Positions 56,091 through 64,000 of a stretch of 64,000 nt of DNA are shown here, piece after piece; positions within the stretch are counted from its first letter, which is position 1, and every line of letters begins with the position of its first letter. The translations under genes were made by a program, and so were the position numbers. Source of the stretch: Eledone cirrhosa (lineage: Eukaryota); NCBI GenBank assembly GCA_964016885.1, contig OZ024745.1:133548001-133612000 (forward strand). Reading direction: 5' to 3'. Below the pieces are notes generated by a model. It saw only the letters and a program-made list of their open reading frames with translations. It was not told where the DNA came from and did not search any database.

Positions 56091-57080
56091 GAAATAATAG
56101 TTGTTACTCATTGACAAAAATCGTGTTACACAGTGTTATTGATGCGTAAAGCGAGTGAAGAAGGCAATGCGGTCATTAAAATGGTGCTAATATTCCCTGC
56201 CATTTACCGAACCTTATAATTATTCATGTATACCGTTAGGCTACTCATTAATATTCACGTTACGTATATTTCCACATGTGTGAATATCACTAACTTGATG
56301 TTTCAATCACACCGCACCTATAATTGATCTCTCTTTTCATATGTGATTCAATACTCATTGGTATTATCTACATGTGTGTATGTATATTTCTACTCAGTTT
56401 CCCTATACTGAATTTTAATCCATAGTCGTTGGTCAACCCAAGGTTATGGTAGAAAGCACTTACCAGAAATGCTCGAAAGCGGGCTGAAATCCATAGCTAC
56501 GTATATCCAAAATGTAATCTTACCGTTTACTGTAATATCACGTGGGTCTGTTTGCTACGGAGTATTGATATGGTAATCGAGTATTAGGCATTGGGTTAAA
56601 ATTACATGTTTTGGCCTACATATTAGGTATTGTGTATATATACATATTGATGTTTTGGCCTACATATTAGGTATTGTGTATATATAGATATTGATGCAGT
56701 ATAGGTAACCGACTCTGTATTTACAAAGTATAGCTTTATCGTACAATTTAGCTGTTAGCGCACTTCTTAATCAATTACAAAGAGGAGCACTAATTACATG
56801 CAAGTTAGCCCATTACAGAATATTAAGACGAAGGGGCATATAAATATATTAAATATATGTTTCCTCACGGTTCAATTAGATCCAAAAATCGATTAAAGAT
56901 TATTTCATTTAATTTACAGGGAAATTTAAATTTTCTGGCATATTTACATACCTACATATTAAATATTTTTATATTTATACATACATTGGCGGAGTCTCGT
57001 TACCTATTCTGTATTTATACAGATATAATTTTATTATGCACTTCGTGTGTGTTTGTAAGTGTATGTGCGTGTGTGTGTGT

Positions 57081-57137
<57 letters not shown>

Positions 57138-58751
57138 TTTACAAATATACATATACAGTGAAAAATACATGCAAACAGCGGTGAAACAGAGGGTTTTGTA
57201 TGCAACTTTAATTTGTGAACTTTCTTTCTAATAGAAATCTGAAATTGAAACATATTTCAATTACTCAAGAAGTTTGAGAAAAATCAACGGTCCGGTTATT
57301 GCAGCCATATATGTATGCATTTGTGTGTGTGTTAGTTTATGCATCTATATATATATATATATATATATATATTGATACATTTAGTTAGATCTAATTAGTT
57401 GTAAATACATACGGCTGTGTGAGTATATAAACACGGCTCTATGTAGAATAACTATATGTCTGCTACTTGTTTAAATGTGTGTGTGTATGTCTGTAAGCAC
57501 TCATTCGTAAATATACCATATATTTATTTATAAAATATAAAAGCTCCAATCAAACACCCGGATATTGGTTAGAATTGTATACAAAGACGCATCTCTTTAT
57601 GAAATCTCTCTCGACGAGCAACATATTTCGGATGTTATATTATGAGATAACCAATATTTTAATATAAAGAATTGATGCCGGCAAATTAAGAAATAGAAAT
57701 GCTTGTATTTGTCATGTTTAATAATCCGTGTGACATTAATCTTTCGAAACGCTGCTATAAAATCTGCAATAAAAACTGAAAATTAATTCGTGTTAGGTTT
57801 TTAATAATGACATTTGCGACATATACAACGTACAATGTAAAATACATTTTTAATTTTGGTGGTATGTAGCTATTTATATTAGACATAGTTGTCCAGGCCT
57901 TGTCAGCCTTCTGGTATATACAGAGAGCTCTATTTCGTATTCTTGTCTTTTACTGTAAAAATATATCTATGAAATAGAAACAATGAAAGGATTTTGTACA
58001 TCTACTTACATATTTCTCTATGGACGTATACTATTAAAGAAATATTAAGCGACGTTCAGCTTATATTAGTGTATTTATTTCACTTTAGATTATTTAAAAT
58101 TAGATCTTCCACAATGATAATGAGCGAAGGCAGTGATTACATGACAATTCAGTTTTATAGGTCTTGGATTACATTGTGTAGTATGCATTTATATATTGCT
58201 GTAGGCGGTAATATGAGTCAGATGTAACAGATATTTCTAAGAAATTGAAGGGCTAGATAGAAGCGCATCCATTGGTTTGTACTCTTTAGTATTAGCTTGC
58301 GATGAACAGAAACTGTTGAAGTAGTTTGTTTCATAAAGGAGAGGAAGAGCACATATGGTAGCAACGATTTTTACATCGTTAGATGGTACTTATAACGTGT
58401 CTTACAGACGTGAAGAGGGAAGTATCAACAGAACCAATTAGATTTAGGCAACATATCATTTAAAATTGCTATTCACAAATGCAGTCTATATAGAGATAGG
58501 TGATACAAGAACAACATGTGTATATATATATATATATATATTTAATATATATATCTGTATATATATATATGTATATATATAGAGAGAGAGAGATAAATAT
58601 ACACGGGTGTGTATGATTGTGTATAGAATATTATATTAATAAAAGGAATTCCAACTTTGTCTGATTTACTCTTTTTATTTACAATCCTTTAAAATTTATA
58701 ATGGTATTAGAATGAAATAGTATGGTCGAATATTAAGTGTTAAGTGTTAAT

Positions 58752-58790
58752 TGAACAAGTACTTTCATACTTTCGAAATCTTCAGGTTCA
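58752..58790 (-). ncRNA. Hammerhead family G copy (stem II mutated) in repeat ~58630-58828
   Basis: UGAAC CUGAAGA UUUC-GAAA-GUAU GAAA GUAC UU/GUUCA. Confidence 0.65.
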
Positions 58791-58823
58791 TAATGTCTGG
58801 TGACAGTCAAGTTTGCAATTTTC

Positions 58824-58867
<44 letters not shown>

Positions 58868-59337
58868 GTGTGTGTGTGTCTGTGTGTGTGTGTGTGTGTA
58901 AGTATGTATGTATATATGTATATTTCCGGGAGAGATGACCCCTTAGCCTTTCTTAAGGCAGAATTCTAGGATAAGGAAAACTCTGATATAACACCTGCAA
59001 CCCTGATAGTATCCAATGATGTCGACTTGTTCTTCTATTTGGTAAATATCATCTTGTTTAAGAGAGTGGGACTGGCTTTGTGGAGTGCCTTTGCTCACTA
59101 TAAAAGCTTCACGGCGCAGGCATTGCTTTATATCTGCACTTGTCGTCACATGGTACCATGGGCCCAGCACTGTGTGTCAATAATTGTCACAAGTGTAGAG
59201 TTTTCAAGTCGCTGGCTGGACTAAAAAGTCACACTCGTTCAGCGCATCGGTAGGGGTTCTCCGACATGGATATAAAGTATTGGCCGTACTCGATAACGAG
59301 TTGGCAGCCACCATATATGTATAATATATATATACAC

Positions 59338-59384
<47 letters not shown>

Positions 59385-59640
59385 TATATATATATGTATA
59401 TATATATAAATGTATGTATATATGTATGTATTGGCTGGGCTAAAAAGCCACATTCGATCGCAGCGCTGTTAGTTGCTATCGTGTGTGTGTGTGTAGATAT
59501 GCTTATGTGTGTGCGTGTGTGTGTATATATACATGTATATGTATATTATTATTGTTGCTGTCGTTGTTATTGTTGTTGTTATTGTTATTATTATTATTAT
59601 TGTTATTAATGTATGTGTGTGTGTGTATGTGTGTGTGGGT

Positions 59641-59696
<56 letters not shown>

Positions 59697-59894
59697 ATAT
59701 GCATATATATATATATATTTTTTTTTTTCTGTAATATATATATATATATATTTCTTTTTTTTTTATTTTATTTTTATTTATTTATTATTATTTTTTTTTT
59801 CTTCTCGTGCAATGGCCATACTCGATAACGAGGGGGCAGCCATCATCATGTATGTATGTATGTATGTATGTATGTATGTATGTATGTATGTATG

Positions 59895-59925
<31 letters not shown>

Positions 59926-60398
59926 GTAAAAGGTAAACAGAAATAACAACACAATCGGTACAGTATGTTGAGGAAAGATATTGGTTTAACAATTGCAATA
60001 GCAGGTCTTAACGATTCGGAAGAAAGAATGAGAAAGAAGAAAGAATGGAGGGGCGGGCGTGTTGGAATCGGGAAAAAAGTTTTAGATAAAAATAACAGGT
60101 CCATTCGTGTTGACATCTCTTGGAAAACTGTTGGTGCTGGGGTTTTGTGTATGATTTATTTTTTTAGAAAAGTAGAAATGGAAAAAAATAACGTTTTGTA
60201 TATAGAACTATACTTGTGCACGTGCTTATGCCGCGTATGTGTGTGTGTGCGTGTGTGTGTGTTATTATACATCCGTACGAAGATAAGAGGATATGTGTGT
60301 GTATATGTAGGTAAAAGAATGTGTGTGTGTATATATATGTAAGTAAAAGAGGGTGTGTGTGCTAGTAAATACGACTCTGTGAGCAAAAGTATGTATGG

Positions 60399-60482
<84 letters not shown>

Positions 60483-61022
60483 TATTTGAGTATGCGTTTG
60501 TTAATCACCGACACTTCAATATGCAGGTTAGAGCAATCCACGAAGTGCACAGATGGGTCTGTTTACTCCGGACTATATTTATAAACAAGAAGTAGGAAAC
60601 AGTTAGGAAACAGCTATGTCCTCCTCAGACAGCCTTGTTGCTGGAACAGTGAAGCTAAATATTACCATTGGGAAGGTGTTACTTCTGGTGATGCTGTAAT
60701 TTTGTTCATTCTAAATCGTATGCAACCGGTGTCTTGAGACAGCAACACCAAAATCCAGCACGAAGCATATCAAAAAATCGAAATATCAGAAGTTCTTTAT
60801 GTTCTTTCACCTTATTACTGTTCAAACAATGACAATTATTATCCCCAGGTATCTATATATGAAGTGTTCGTTAACATTTCATTTGCTACCTCAGAACCTT
60901 TGTCTTCTTCTACTCTTTACATCTCTTGTCAATGTTGGGTATGTTTTTTTATATGTAAGTCAATCGAATCTGTTAAAACCGCCGGAGCTCAGCCGTCGGG
61001 GTCCCGAATTTTTCATATTTAC

Positions 61023-61107
<85 letters not shown>

Positions 61108-61119
61108 TACACACACATA

Positions 61120-61164
<45 letters not shown>

Positions 61165-61167
<3 letters not shown>

Positions 61168-61770
61168 AGAGTATTGAAGTTTGCTTGAAGCATCGTGGAA
61201 TAAAAATTTGGAAGCCCCAACAATACAGGTAAATCTCCGGGTAACAAGATCCGGTGGTGAAGAGAGAGAGATGTAAGTGAATGTAAGTTGAGATGTATAG
61301 CGTGTAGAAGAATGTAGGAAAGAGCGTAAAGGATGAAAATAATAACATGAGATAGAGTTACCTTGGGAGAGATTTAATTGTCCCGATATATTTCGGATTC
61401 GCATCCATCAACTGGGGGGGGGGGTTGTCTGTCGGAAAGGTGCGAAACGTGTCCTCCGCTGATCGTTGTTTTGATATTCAAAACAACGATCAGCGGAGGA
61501 CACGTTTCGCACCTTCCGGCAGACAACCCCACCTGACACCCAGTTGATGGATGTGAATCCGAAATATATAGGGACAATTATATCTCTCCCAAGGTAACTC
61601 TATCTCGTGTTATTATTTTCATCCTTTACGCTCTTTCCTACATTCTTCTACACGCTATACATCTCAACTTACATTCACTTACATCTCTCTCTCTCTCCAC
61701 CACCGGATCTTGTTACCCGGAGATTTAGCCATCTGCATTGTTGAGGCTTCCAAAACGACCTAAAGAAATA
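61165..61770. mobile_element. Fold-back (inverted) pair of the Penelope terminal repeat seen at 38230-38545
   Basis: Centre cgttgttttga-tat-tcaaaacaacg at ~61476, arms ~290 bp, flanked by (TA)n. Confidence 0.85.
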
Positions 61771-61772
61771 TA

Positions 61773-61817
<45 letters not shown>

Positions 61818-63437
61818 GTATATGAATATATGTATATATGTATAATTGTTTCTTAAATGTAGCACAATATCTAAAGTTTATAAGTGAAAATATAGTAAAT
61901 AATTGGCTCTAGTCTTTGCGTAGAATCGATAATACCAGTGAGTATTGAATCAACCGTGTTGAATACATATCAAAATTTACATTCAATACTTCAACCTAAC
62001 AAAGCATGTCTTCGATACCCTATGACCATGTTTCTCATAACCAACACAGTGTAGCCTCACTGAAGCGATACCGTTGGTACGTCACCTAATAGAAACGCCG
62101 TTAACTGGACAGTCACTGCACTCATCTGAATTAAATTGTTTCTGAGTATAATTTCTGTTAATATGTTAAAATGGAAGCTGAAGTTAGATTTCGATAACTA
62201 AACACTTACTAGTGAATCTCTTATCCGCTGCGTATCGGCAAGTCATTGCATATTATTTCCAAATTGAAATTTTCTTTTAGTCCAGTAAAATTTCAGTTTA
62301 CACTCCAACCCAAATTATATTTGATAGCAGCCTTTGTCTCTGTAGAACATTGCCGCCTATGAAGTTATCAGTGTTACAGACACTGATTTGAATGACAACT
62401 AGATTATCAAGTTGTTTTGTTATCTTCACTACTATTGGAGAGATTTTCACAGCTTTCATAAGTAAAGTTAATTTAGTCTTAACACTTTATATAGAACAGA
62501 ATCTTCTGTCAATTTTTCCTAATTTCTAATTGCCAACAACATCTATAAGACGGCACTCTTTCTCTGTAGGGTATCTTCATTCCGACAGCTGTCGTTCATT
62601 GCAAGTATCACGTGAAACAAAAGATAAAGGAAAATCTTATTTAATATTATCTCCTATACGCTATCACATAGATTTAATTCCGTTCTTTCTAAAGTTTAAC
62701 GTCAGCATTTTGAGAGCAGCCATTCCTCTGTAACGAAATATAACCAAATTTTCGAAACATCGAAATTGTACATTTCCATATTTCTTTGTGTTTAATTACG
62801 AACGTAAATAAAATTGGAGTGGGAATAGTACAGAAGATAAGAAAATTGAATTGTTTCAAAATCTGAGTCACGTCATTTCTCACCCTTTATATATAGCATT
62901 GTATCGATCTATATTCCTCTTATAATTTACTCCCGTTAATTTGATTTGATCGGTTGAGTGCGTTGTCAGGTCAAGCGAAGTGCTTCTGTTTTTAGCATCT
63001 TTCCGCCAATTTGCCCCAACAACCTACTTCTGTTATACTACTGTAAAATAGTTGCTACTCTAGAAGAATAGGAAGACATCGGTAATCTAGGCTTCGCCTC
63101 TCTATGGAGATGACATAGATTTTTAGTTGTTTATTCTTAAGATAGACAGCAGTAATAGACGAGCCTTAGGCCGAATTTACTGATTAACAATATCTAATAC
63201 GTGTGATTAGCCATTTTTTCAGACGTTTCAAATGTATTTAAACTTTTTTTTGTCTTGAAATGTTAAAGAACTTAGATTTTTTTTTTTTTAAACGCATTGA
63301 TATTTTCTATTAGTATAGATGATCCTATATTGTCTATGCCTTGAGATGTTCTATTGAGTATAGATGATCCACGTCTATATTGTCTATGACTTGATACTTT
63401 CTATTAAGTATAGACGATATATATATGTATGTATGTG

Positions 63438-63535
<98 letters not shown>

Positions 63536-63561
63536 TGTGTGTGTGTATGTGTGTGTGTGTG

Positions 63562-63620
<59 letters not shown>

Positions 63621-63671
63621 GTGTGTGGGTGTGTGTGTGTGTATATATGTATATGTGTATATATACATAAG

Positions 63672-63887
63672 AGTGGTGACAGTCAAGTTTGCAATTTTTA
63701 ACACAGTTGAAAATTGCAAACTTGACTGTCACCACTGAATATGAACCTGAAGATTGCGAAAGCATGAAAGTACTTGTTCAATTAACATTTAATATTCTAC
63801 CATACTATTTCATTATAATATCATTATAATCTTAAAGGATTGTAAATAAAACGAGTAAATCAGACAAAGTTGGAATTCCTTTTATTA

Positions 63888-63890
<3 letters not shown>
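63672..63890 (+). mobile_element. Family G repeat with a 5' hairpin (63672-63735)
   Basis: gtggtgacagtcaagtttgcaatttt..aaaattgcaaacttgactgtcaccac. The remainder is the reverse complement of ~58630-58828. Confidence 0.8.
63742..63780 (+). ncRNA. Minimal (39-nt) type I hammerhead ribozyme (family G)
   Basis: UGAAC CUGAAGA U-UGC-GAAA-GCA-U GAAA GUAC UU/GUUCA, with palindromic stem III AAGUACUU. Confidence 0.8.
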
Positions 63891-63922
<32 letters not shown>

Positions 63923-63940
63923 CCTGTGAGTGTGTGTGTG

Positions 63941-63975
<35 letters not shown>

Positions 63976-64000
63976 TGAAATAACAGATTAAAGTTTAAGC

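Overview
AT-rich, microsatellite-dense eukaryotic DNA made almost entirely of repeats. The recurring ~185-bp tRNA-derived SINE and the repeat landscape resemble Octopus/cephalopod genomes (inference, not searched). No host gene can be supported. Contents: (1) a near full-length, frameshifted Tx1/L1-clade LINE (11535-17613, -) plus a truncated copy; (2) three R4/Dong-clade LINE copies, which share (TAA)n microsatellite targets with the Tx1 copies in the opposite polarity; (3) several Penelope-like (GIY-YIG) remnants; (4) a degenerate Helitron-type Pif1 helicase followed by a USP (peptidase C19) domain; (5) many SINEs, some with target-site duplications. The main signal absent from the ORF track is about 14 minimal type I hammerhead ribozyme (HHR) motifs from about 8 sequence families, folded by eye. 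Most have tiny palindromic stem III sequences and a mismatched first pair of stem II. They lie in non-coding repeats embedded in (TA)n. One ~490-530-bp family is tandem, circularly permuted and retrozyme-like, and one of its copies breaks at the predicted self-cleavage site. All coordinates were counted by hand and may be off by a few nt.
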